NCBI GenBank assembly: GCA_946541575.1
Contig: CAMNJQ010000059.1
Location: 21,857-85,856 of the forward strand
Origin: an uncultured Clostridium sp.
GTDB taxonomy: Bacteria > Bacillota_I > Bacilli_A > RF39 > UBA660
DNA: 64,000 bases
Direction of reading: 5' to 3'
Part shown: piece after piece, positions 9,775-18,429 of the stretch
Numbering within the stretch: the first letter of the stretch is position 1
Layout of the letters: every line of letters begins with the position of its first letter
Made by a program: the position numbers and the translations under genes
Notes under the pieces: generated by a model
What the model saw: the letters and a program-made list of their open reading frames with translations, nothing else
Told to the model about the DNA's origin: nothing
Database searches by the model: none

Positions 9775-10281
9775 CTACTCTTTTCCCCCAAACCTGTCAA
9801 ATGGAAATATTGTTAACGAAGTTGTTCCTTGAATCTTACTAATATCAAAACATCCAAGTTCTCTACTATCAAGTGAAATATCTCTATTATCACCCATAAC
9901 AAAATAACAATCTTCTCCAACTACAGTTTCAAAATCATTAGTTAAATTATTTGCATCAAGAAAAGGCTGAGAAACTTCTTCACCATCAATATAAAGAATA
10001 TTTTTCTCTACTTTTACAGTTTCTCCTGGAAGGCCAATTATTCTTTTAATAAGTAAAGTATCATTATTCTTAATGACAACAATTTCAAATCTTTTTAAAC
10101 TATGAAGCTTATATCCAATTTTATTTAATATCATTATGTCTCCATTTTTTAAAGTAGAATACATTGAATCTCCATTTACTTGAATTGGAGTCATAATGAA
10201 ATTCTTTACAAGTAATACAACAACAATTATTATTGCAAATGGTAAAATTTCTCTAAATATACCCTTTTTTTTCTCTTCCAT
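9775..10281 (-). CDS. lepB: signal peptidase I
   Basis: TM segment, then GDSMYSTL (catalytic Ser), KRIIGLPGE (Lys box) and GDNRDISLDSR. Confidence 0.9.
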   Translation of the reverse strand: MEEKKKGIFREILPFAIIIVVVLLVKNFIMTPIQVNGDSMYSTLKNGDIMILNKIGYKLHSLKRFEIVVIKNNDTLLIKRIIGLPGETVKVEKNILYIDGEEVSQPFLDANNLTNDFETVVGEDCYFVMGDNRDISLDSRELGCFDISKIQGTTSLTIFPFDRFGGKE

Positions 10282-10315
10282 AATCTATTAACTAGCAAAA
10301 AAGAGACTAGGTCTC

Positions 10316-10660
10316 TTATTTTTGTCCTCTCTCTTTAATTCTGTATTGACCTTTTACATCTTTTAAGAAATTTAGTTTAGCTCTTCTAACCTTACCACGT
10401 CTTAATACTTCGATACTGTCAATTTTTGGTGAATGAATTGGGAATGTTCTTTCAACTCCTACACCATAAGATTCTTTTCTAACAGTGAAAGTTTCACTTA
10501 CTCCTGATCCTTTACGAGCAGTAACAATACCTTCATAAGCTTGAACTCTTTCCTTATTTCCTTCAACTATTTTAACATTCACTTTTACTGTGTACCCAAC
10601 TCTAAATTCTGGTATATTTGGGTTAATTTGTTTTTCTGTAATTTTGTCAATTACGTTCAT
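10316..10660 (-). CDS. rplS: 50S ribosomal protein L19
   Basis: [11 protein letters not shown]...[30 protein letters not shown]...[11 protein letters not shown] is canonical L19. The track N-terminal extension is rejected in favour of M20. Confidence 0.9.
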   Translation of the reverse strand: MNVIDKITEKQINPNIPEFRVGYTVKVNVKIVEGNKERVQAYEGIVTARKGSGVSETFTVRKESYGVGVERTFPIHSPKIDSIEVLRRGKVRRAKLNFLKDVKGQYRIKERGQK

Positions 10661-10861
10661 TCGTATCATTCCTTTCTTGTCTTTCATGGTAATCATAACT
10701 AATAATAAAAATGTCATCGGATTACACGACGAATTGATTATAACATACTATTATTTAAAACGCAATTATAAAATATTGATATTTCAACATAAAACTACAT
10801 TTTTTTAACTTTTTTTCTTAAACGTGAGTATTATATCACAAAAAAAGAACACTACAATCTT

Positions 10862-11323
10862 TTATCTGCTGTGTCCTTTCTCTTTTTCATCTTCTTTATA
10901 CTTTGCTTCTAATAAAAGTTCAAGTCTTAATTTAAGTTCATCTTCTAGTATTTCAATCTTTTTTGTCATTAATTCTAACTTTTCATCAGAAATAAATTTC
11001 TTATATTTATTCCATAGCTCTTGCTTAAGCTTTTCAGATTCATCTAAAGCAATTCTATATCCTTCACCTGATTCATCTTCATCTCCAACTTCACAAACTA
11101 TCTGAATCATATTAATAAGTTTTTCAAATTTCTTTTTTATCTTTGAAGAAGCGACCTTATCGACAAAATTAGGCTCCGTTATTATTAACCTAGAAATATC
11201 TATTCCATCAACAAAATGAACACCGCTTTTCATCGTTAAATTATATCCTTCGATATCAGATAATAACTTTGAATTTTTTTCTTCATTTTGCTTAATAATT
11301 AGAAATTTACTAGTAACAGCCAT
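10862..11323 (-). CDS. hypothetical 153-aa acidic coiled-coil protein between trmD and rplS
   Basis: Long ORF on the same strand as its neighbours. No recognisable motif. The C-terminal half is E/K/L-rich heptad-like. Confidence 0.5.
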   Translation of the reverse strand: MAVTSKFLIIKQNEEKNSKLLSDIEGYNLTMKSGVHFVDGIDISRLIITEPNFVDKVASSKIKKKFEKLINMIQIVCEVGDEDESGEGYRIALDESEKLKQELWNKYKKFISDEKLELMTKKIEILEDELKLRLELLLEAKYKEDEKEKGHSR

Positions 11324-11333
11324 ATAAATTCAC

Positions 11334-12008
11334 CTACTTCTCCAATAAATCTGGCCTTTTTTCTTTTGTCTTCTTTATACTTTCATTCAATCTATATTCA
11401 TCTATTTCTTTATGATTACCATTTAATAAAACATCCGGAACTTTCATACCATTAAACTCACGAGGTTTTGTATATGTAGGATAATCTAGTAAATTAGTAT
11501 TTGGATTAAATGAATCATTTATATGTGATTGTTCTTCTATTACTCCATCAATAAGTCTTACAACTGAATCAGTTATAATCATTGAAGGAATCTCTCCACC
11601 AGTTAAAACATAATCCCCAACACTAAGTTCTAAATCAACAACACTTCTTATTCTATCATCAAAACCTTCATAATGGCCACAAATAATTATTAAATGTTTA
11701 TGTTCTTTTAATTTATATGCTTCTTTTTGATTATAAGTTTTTCCATCTGGAGTTAAAAGAATAACAAGTGAATCATTATTCTTTAAATCCATTACTGCAT
11801 CATAAATTGGCTGAACCATTAAAACCATTCCGTTACCGCCACCATAAGGTGTATCATCAACTTTATGATGAGGATCTTTAGAATAATCTCTAAAGTTAAT
11901 TATATTAATCTCAACTAAATTTCTTTCAATTGCACGTTTTATTATAGAATTAGAAAGAAAACCATCAAACATTGATGGAAAAAGCGTTAAAATATCTATT
12001 TTCATCAA
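11334..12008 (-). CDS. trmD: tRNA (guanine37-N1)-methyltransferase
   Basis: MKIDILTLFPSMF...DDTPYGGGNGMVL...CGHYEGFDDR...SVGDYVLTGGE are TrmD signatures. Confidence 0.95.
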   Translation of the reverse strand: MMKIDILTLFPSMFDGFLSNSIIKRAIERNLVEINIINFRDYSKDPHHKVDDTPYGGGNGMVLMVQPIYDAVMDLKNNDSLVILLTPDGKTYNQKEAYKLKEHKHLIIICGHYEGFDDRIRSVVDLELSVGDYVLTGGEIPSMIITDSVVRLIDGVIEEQSHINDSFNPNTNLLDYPTYTKPREFNGMKVPDVLLNGNHKEIDEYRLNESIKKTKEKRPDLLEK

Positions 12009-12505
12009 ATCATTCCTTCTATTAAATTCAATTCAATTTTTTTGTTTTCTAAATCAACATTAAGAATAAAATCTTCATGATATGGTATCATAGTAACCTT
12101 ATCATTTATTACTGCTTCAATAATTTTATTCTTAGGATTAATTTGTCTAATTGCAACGACATGACCTACTTCCTTATTATTAAAAATAACACTCAAATTG
12201 ATTAAATCTTCATCTAAGAACTCTTTATCACCTAAATTCAAATCATTTTTCTTAATATAAACATTTTTATTTAGAAATATTAATACTTCATTAATATTAT
12301 CATATCCATAAAGAGTTATCATCTCAAATATTTTATGGTGCCTATAAGATTTTATCATCTCTTCTTTTTTCTCATCACCAATATATATTTTTCTATTTTC
12401 TAAAAATACTTTATTCTTATATTTAAAGTTACTTAAAAGTCTAAGTTCACCTTTAATACCATGAGTATTAACAATCTTGCCAATATAAATGTATTCTTCT
12501 TCCAT
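12005..12505 (-). CDS. rimM: 16S rRNA processing protein RimM
   Basis: IGKIVNTHGIKGELRL plus a PRC-barrel C-terminus. The 4-nt overlap with trmD matches the conserved operon. Confidence 0.85.
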   Translation of the reverse strand: MEEEYIYIGKIVNTHGIKGELRLLSNFKYKNKVFLENRKIYIGDEKKEEMIKSYRHHKIFEMITLYGYDNINEVLIFLNKNVYIKKNDLNLGDKEFLDEDLINLSVIFNNKEVGHVVAIRQINPKNKIIEAVINDKVTMIPYHEDFILNVDLENKKIELNLIEGMI

Positions 12506-12581
12506 AGGTCCTCCTATTTGCTTATATTATACCACAGAAAAAATTTAAAGGTCTATATTATTATAGACCAGAAATATTTAA

Positions 12582-13313
12582 TTATTTATTTAATTCATAT
12601 AATAATATGCTTGTAGCAACCCCAACATTTAAACTTTCTACAACAGAGTTCATTTCAATATATAAATAAGCATCACACATATCAAGTATTTCTTCTTTTA
12701 CCCCATTACCTTCATTTCCCATAATTAGACAGTATTTAGCTTTATCTTTATTCTTAAAATTAGCTACATCTTGACCATAATCTACTCGAGTTCCATAAAT
12801 TGGAATTTCTTTTTCTTTTAATGATGTAATTACTTCTTTTAAATCTTTTATCACTATATTAATATGAAACATCATTCCTTGAGTAGCTCTAATAACTTTA
12901 GGATTATATACATCAACAGTATTTGGACTTAGTACAATAGTATCAACATTAAATGCTACAGCACTTCTAATTATAGTGCCCAAATTACCTGGATCTTGAA
13001 CATCATCAAGCATTAATATCTTATTACCGATAATTTCACCATCTTGCATATTACAAAGAGCCATAACATTACTAGTTGATTCCATCTCACTTATTTTATT
13101 AATAATTTCATTTGTAACATAAACAGTTGGCAAATTAATTGGTAAAACCACATCTTTTTCAACAATTAGTTCTTCAACAATTCCTTTTTTATAAGCCTCT
13201 AGTACTAAATGCATTCCTTCAACAATAAACTTTTTAGTTTTTTTACGATATTTTCTATCTTTTAATTTTATATATCCTTTAATCCTATCATTATCAAGAC
13301 TAGTTATAAGCAT
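12582..13313 (-). CDS. TrmH/SpoU-family RNA 2'-O-methyltransferase
   Basis: DDVQDPGNLGTIIRSA, LIMGNEGNGV and ESLNVGVATSILLYE are the three SpoU motifs. It sits upstream of pheST, as ysgA does in Bacillus. Confidence 0.85.
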   Translation of the reverse strand: MLITSLDNDRIKGYIKLKDRKYRKKTKKFIVEGMHLVLEAYKKGIVEELIVEKDVVLPINLPTVYVTNEIINKISEMESTSNVMALCNMQDGEIIGNKILMLDDVQDPGNLGTIIRSAVAFNVDTIVLSPNTVDVYNPKVIRATQGMMFHINIVIKDLKEVITSLKEKEIPIYGTRVDYGQDVANFKNKDKAKYCLIMGNEGNGVKEEILDMCDAYLYIEMNSVVESLNVGVATSILLYELNK

Positions 13314-13320
13314 ATCAATC

Positions 13321-13956
13321 TTACTCCTTTAAAACTTTTTTTGCTTCTTTAAAAAAATCACAATTCTCTTCAACTAATGACCAAAAATCTTTAGAATGAT
13401 TAGCATGAATCAAATGAGATAATTCATGCATAATTACATAATCAAGACAAAATAAAGGTTTTCTCATTAATTCCAAATTAAGAGTAACTCTTTTATCTTT
13501 AGTATTACATACACCCCATCTAGTAGTCATTTTTCTAATTGTTAAAGAAGGATATGGAATTTTTCTTGTAAATCTATTATAGCATTCATCTAAATGTTCT
13601 TTAAAAAGTATACTTGCTTGTTTCTTATACCATTTATCTATATCTGCATCTCTATTTACAAATACTTTTTCTTCTCCTAAAGTTATACCAGGAGCTGAAG
13701 TATATATTACATCATACCTTTTTCCTAAATACAAGAACCCTTCATTATTAACACATTTCTTTTTCATTTTATTAATCATATTAATAACTGAATCTTTATT
13801 TTTTATTATTATCTTTTCTATCTCCTTATTAGAAGTAAAAGTATTTGTAGTAACATAAATTTTTAAATCTTCTTTAACTCTTAAATATGTATTTTTATTA
13901 CCGAACTTTTTTGTAATAATTACTTCATAATCTTCATCATTTATTTCAACTTGCAT
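13321..13956 (-). CDS. YgjP-like metal-dependent hydrolase (DUF45 / M48-like)
   Basis: RWGVC...VIMHELSHLIHANHSKDFWSLV is the DUF45 HExxH signature. Confidence 0.8.
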   Translation of the reverse strand: MQVEINDEDYEVIITKKFGNKNTYLRVKEDLKIYVTTNTFTSNKEIEKIIIKNKDSVINMINKMKKKCVNNEGFLYLGKRYDVIYTSAPGITLGEEKVFVNRDADIDKWYKKQASILFKEHLDECYNRFTRKIPYPSLTIRKMTTRWGVCNTKDKRVTLNLELMRKPLFCLDYVIMHELSHLIHANHSKDFWSLVEENCDFFKEAKKVLKE

Positions 13957-13958
13957 AA

Positions 13959-14636
13959 TTATCTCACTTTTATATTTCCTACTTCAGTACTTATTTTTAA
14001 ATTAAATTCATTCATCTCATCATTACTTTTATTAATCTCAACTTTTCCAACATTAGATTTAGCATCAACATTTAAATTATTAATTTTGTTAATAGTAATA
14101 TTTCCAGTATTGGATGAAATACTAGAATCTTCTTTTCCATCTATTTCGTTAATTGTAGTATTACCTATTTCAGAATAAATAATAGCTTTATTTACCAGTC
14201 CAGCATTTATATTACCAGCTTCAGAATATACATAAAGCTCTTCTAAATTAACTTCACTAGTATCGACATTTCCTAAATCAGTTCTTACATCTAGTTTTTT
14301 AAAATATTTAGGTAAATACAATATAATCTTATCTTCGCAATTAAACAAACAGAATTCTCTTGAACTTTGCTTATTAATTATTATATCAGTATTTCCTTCA
14401 TCGACTTTAATAATATCTTTATCTTTTCCATAAATAACAACATTAATGTCATTACTTCCAATATATTTAACTACTACATTTGATAAATCTGCATCAATTA
14501 CTATTTGATCCAAATAATCATATTTTCTATCTAAAACTATTCTAGAGTTATTTTCATATATCATAATGAATCCACCAATAAAAAGTGAGATTCCAATAAT
14601 AATAATGAATCTAATTTTTTTTACTTTTTCACTCAT
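13959..14636 (-). CDS. DUF4097-like beta-strand repeat protein, TM-anchored
   Basis: TM segment, then repeated G(N)I/V strands (GNVDTSEV, AGNINAGL, IGNTTINEI, TGNITINKI, VGKVEINK, VGNIKV). The ATG at 14636 follows AAGGAA. Confidence 0.6.
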   Translation of the reverse strand: MSEKVKKIRFIIIIGISLFIGGFIMIYENNSRIVLDRKYDYLDQIVIDADLSNVVVKYIGSNDINVVIYGKDKDIIKVDEGNTDIIINKQSSREFCLFNCEDKIILYLPKYFKKLDVRTDLGNVDTSEVNLEELYVYSEAGNINAGLVNKAIIYSEIGNTTINEIDGKEDSSISSNTGNITINKINNLNVDAKSNVGKVEINKSNDEMNEFNLKISTEVGNIKVR

Positions 14637-14733
14637 AAATATCATTCCTTATAACAATTATAACATGATATATCTAGATAAAAAATATCTAAATTAAAAA
14701 AAGAACCCACATATTTCTATGTAGGTTTAAATA

Positions 14734-17109
14734 TTATTTATCTCTTAAAACAGCATTATGTTTTTTAGAAACATCTTCAATAATCTTATTAAATATTTGC
14801 ATTACTTCATCATCACTTAATGTCCTTGTTGGATCACTAAATGTTAATGAATAAGCAATTGATTTTTCATCATCTTTTACATTTTCTCCAGTATAAACAT
14901 CAAATACATCGATATCAGTTAAAAGTTTACCTCCAGATTTCTTAATTGTATCAACAATTTCTCCACTATTAATATCTTTCTTAATAATAAATGCTAAATC
15001 TTTAACGATGCTTGGATATTTAGATATCTCTTTAAATTTAATTGGTTTAATTTTTTTATCTACAATCTTAGTTAAACTAATCTCAAGTACATAAATATCA
15101 TCTTTAGAAATATTTGGATGAACTCTTCCCAAATATCCAACTGCTTCTTTATCAATTGTAATTTCAGCACTTATTCCTGGATGAATTCCATCAATTTCTT
15201 TCTCTTGTAAATGATATCTATTCTTTAATCCTAAATAATCTAAAATATTTTCTAAAATACCTTTTAATAAATAGAAATCAACTTTCAAATGTTCATTACT
15301 CCATGAATTAGCTATATAGTTTCCCTTCATCAAAATAGCAATTTTAGTATCTTCTTCTGTCTTGTCATAATATGTATTTGCAATTTCATAAATCATTACA
15401 TCTTTAACATTACGAGACTTATTATATTCATATGTCTTTAAAAGTGATGGAATAAGAGTTTGTCTAATTGTTTTCTTATCACTACTCATTGGTCGATTTA
15501 AATCAATTTGTGACTTTCTATTATATTTAAACATATTATTTTCTTCATCACTTACCAATGTATAAGTTCTACATTCATTTAATCCTAAAGATCTAAGTCT
15601 ATTAGAAATTAATTTTCTATATTTTACTGCACCAACGTATTTTCCAGACTTATCAGGTATAACAGGTAATACTGATTTGATTTTATCATATCCATAAAGT
15701 CTTCCAATTTCTTCAATTAAATCTTGTTTATGAGCTTCTACATCAAGTCTTCTATTAGGAATAGTTACAGTATAAACATCCTTAGATTCTTTAAAATCAA
15801 ATCCTAAATTATTAAGACTTGTTTTAACATCTTCCCCAGTCATAGAAAGTCCTAAAGTCTTATTAATATCATCAAGACTAACTTTAGCAACTTTTTCCTT
15901 TTTATCTATATTATCATATACAATAGTATCACTTAATACTTTTCCATCTGCGTACTTTTCAAGTAAATGACAGGCTCTCTCTATTGCCATAGAAGTATAT
16001 TCGTAGTTTAATCCTCTTTCATATCTTAGAGATGCTTCACTTCTAAGATCAAGTCTTAATGAAGTATATCTAACATTATAAGAATTAAAAATCGCACTTT
16101 CAATTAAAATATCTTTAGTATTATAATCTACTTCAGTATTTTCTCCACCCATTACTCCTGCAATACAAACTGGCTTTTCTCCATCAGTTATAACAATATC
16201 TTCACTAGTTAAAACTCTTTCCTTTTTGTCTAATGTAATAATTGTTTCATTATCACCAGCCATTCTAACTTTTATTTTATCACCAAGCTTGTCTTTATCA
16301 AAAAAGTGAAGAGGTTGTCCAAATTCAAGCATAACATAATTAGAAATATCAACTACGTTATTTATAGGACGCATTCCAGCAGCAATAAGTCTATTTTTAA
16401 TAAAATCAGGAGATTCTTTAATAACGACATCTTTTACCATTTTAGCATTGTACATCATACAATTTGGTGTTGCAATTTCAAGATTAAAATGTTTCTTTAC
16501 TGAATCCTTTATTGGCTTAGTAGATAAATCAGGCAATGTTACTTTTCTACCTAAAACACTTGCAACTTCATAAGCAAATCCAATGTGATTAGTACAATCA
16601 ATATTTCTATTTGGATTTAAATCAAGTTCGTATATAGTATCATCAAGTGCCATATATTTAACTACATCTTCTCCTACTGGAGCATCAAGTGGTAATTCAT
16701 ATATACCTTTAGCATGATTTTCTGGTGTATCTTCTTCAAGCCCCAATTCAGACAAAGCACAAATCATTCCTTTTGAATCAAATCCTCTTATTTTAGATTC
16801 TTTTATTTCAAATCCACCAGGAAGAATTGCTCCAGGAAGAGACACTATTACTTTAATACCACTTCTAACATTATTAGCACCACATACTATTTGTCTTTTA
16901 TCTATTCCAACATCTACTATACATTTATGTAAATGAGTATCAGGAATATCTTCACACTCTAAAACTTCACCAACGACTAAATTATTTAAATTATTTGATA
17001 TAACATGCTCGACATTTACTCCAGCATTAGTAATTTTAGTAGCTAACTCTTTTAAATCTACATCTTTAAGGTCAACATATTCTTTGACCCAATTCATACT
17101 TATTGCCAT
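14734..17109 (-). CDS. pheT: phenylalanine--tRNA ligase beta subunit
   Basis: 791 aa, directly downstream of pheS. It has the tRNA-binding N-domain (VVGEVLECEDIPDTHLHKCIVDVG), B3/4, B5 and FDX-ACB regions. Confidence 0.95.
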   Translation of the reverse strand: MAISMNWVKEYVDLKDVDLKELATKITNAGVNVEHVISNNLNNLVVGEVLECEDIPDTHLHKCIVDVGIDKRQIVCGANNVRSGIKVIVSLPGAILPGGFEIKESKIRGFDSKGMICALSELGLEEDTPENHAKGIYELPLDAPVGEDVVKYMALDDTIYELDLNPNRNIDCTNHIGFAYEVASVLGRKVTLPDLSTKPIKDSVKKHFNLEIATPNCMMYNAKMVKDVVIKESPDFIKNRLIAAGMRPINNVVDISNYVMLEFGQPLHFFDKDKLGDKIKVRMAGDNETIITLDKKERVLTSEDIVITDGEKPVCIAGVMGGENTEVDYNTKDILIESAIFNSYNVRYTSLRLDLRSEASLRYERGLNYEYTSMAIERACHLLEKYADGKVLSDTIVYDNIDKKEKVAKVSLDDINKTLGLSMTGEDVKTSLNNLGFDFKESKDVYTVTIPNRRLDVEAHKQDLIEEIGRLYGYDKIKSVLPVIPDKSGKYVGAVKYRKLISNRLRSLGLNECRTYTLVSDEENNMFKYNRKSQIDLNRPMSSDKKTIRQTLIPSLLKTYEYNKSRNVKDVMIYEIANTYYDKTEEDTKIAILMKGNYIANSWSNEHLKVDFYLLKGILENILDYLGLKNRYHLQEKEIDGIHPGISAEITIDKEAVGYLGRVHPNISKDDIYVLEISLTKIVDKKIKPIKFKEISKYPSIVKDLAFIIKKDINSGEIVDTIKKSGGKLLTDIDVFDVYTGENVKDDEKSIAYSLTFSDPTRTLSDDEVMQIFNKIIEDVSKKHNAVLRDK

Positions 17110-17111
17110 TT

Positions 17112-18158
17112 TTAATCAGCATCCTTTCTATCAAAGTTTTCTTTTATTCTTAAGTCATTAGTATAGAATGTTCTAATATCTGTAATTCCATATTTAAGCA
17201 TAGCAAGTCTTTCAGCACCAAAACCAAATGCAAAGCCGCTCCATTTTTCTGAATCATATCCACAATTATCTAAAACATTATGATGAACAATTCCAGCACC
17301 ACCTACAGTAATCCATCCAGTACCTTTGCATATATTACATCCTTTACCACCACAATTAAAACAAGAGATATCCATTTCTACTGAAGGTTCTGTAAATGGA
17401 TAAAAGCTTGGACGGAATCTAGTTTCCCTATCACTTCCAAATAACTTTTTTGCTATTACATCAAAAGTTGCTTTAAGATTAGCAAGAGAAATATCTTTAT
17501 CTACAAGTAATCCCTCTATTTGAGTAAATTGATGTGAATGAGTTGCATCATCATCATCCCTTCTATAAGTCTTTCCAGGACAAATTATTCTAATAGGAGT
17601 TTTCTCTTCATTTGCTAACATTGTTCTAATTTGAACAGGAGAAGTTTGACTTCTTAATAATAATGTATCTCCATCTGTATAAAAAGTATCTTGAGCATCT
17701 CTTGCAGGATGTCCTTTTGGTAAATTTAAAAGTTCAAAATTGTATAAATCTTTTTCTACTTCTGGTCCTTCTACAACATCATACCCCATTGATATAGCAA
17801 GTTCTTCTACTTCCTCAATCAATTTCTCTAAAATATTTGCTCCACCAACATTTACTTTTGTACTAGGAAGAGTAATATCAATCTTTTCACTTTTTAATTT
17901 TTTTTCTAGTTCTTCATTTTTTATTTTTTCTTCTAAATTATTAATCTCCTCAGTTACATATGTTTTTACTTCATTAGAAAGTTTACCAACTTCTTTCTTT
18001 TCTTCAATTGATAAATCTTTCATATTACTAGTTAATTCTGTAACTAATCCTTTTTTACCTAAATATTTAACTTTTAAGTTTTGAATATCTTGAAGTGTTT
18101 CAGTATTATCTAAATCATTTTTTAATTCACTTTTAATAATTTCTACTTTATCTTTCAT
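17112..18158 (-). CDS. pheS: phenylalanine--tRNA ligase alpha subunit
   Basis: GHPARDAQDTFY, FRPSFYPFTEPS and GFAFGFGAERLAML are class II motifs. The start is set at MKDKVEII (18158), because the longer track start overlaps the T-box terminator. Confidence 0.95.
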   Translation of the reverse strand: MKDKVEIIKSELKNDLDNTETLQDIQNLKVKYLGKKGLVTELTSNMKDLSIEEKKEVGKLSNEVKTYVTEEINNLEEKIKNEELEKKLKSEKIDITLPSTKVNVGGANILEKLIEEVEELAISMGYDVVEGPEVEKDLYNFELLNLPKGHPARDAQDTFYTDGDTLLLRSQTSPVQIRTMLANEEKTPIRIICPGKTYRRDDDDATHSHQFTQIEGLLVDKDISLANLKATFDVIAKKLFGSDRETRFRPSFYPFTEPSVEMDISCFNCGGKGCNICKGTGWITVGGAGIVHHNVLDNCGYDSEKWSGFAFGFGAERLAMLKYGITDIRTFYTNDLRIKENFDRKDAD

Positions 18159-18164
18159 AATTTC

Positions 18165-18395
18165 TCCTTTCAATAAAAAAAGCACAACGCCCAAAGGACG
18201 AAGTGCTCGTGGTACCACCTTATTTTTTTCTTATTAAGCTATAACGCACAACCGTTTACTATTAATAAATGCCTATAGGACGAATTCATAAATACTTTTC
18301 TTACTAGTCTTCCACCTACTACTAGCTCTCTATTAGATAGTACTTTTACTACTACTTCCTAATTATCGCAATCAAATATACAAGTAAAATTATAA
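18165..18395 (-). promoter_or_regulatory. T-box leader, Phe (UUC) specifier, controlling pheST
   Basis: Minus strand shows AGAGAG and GGTGGAAG stem I elements. GAAUUCG contains UUC followed by a purine (complement of 18282-18284). T-box sequence AAGGTGGTACCACG (complement of 18208-18219) overlaps the terminator AGCAC-n17-GTGCT plus T7 (18174-18207). Confidence 0.85.
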
Positions 18396-18429
18396 AACAT
18401 TTATATTTTTTTTGCAAATGTTTTTTATT

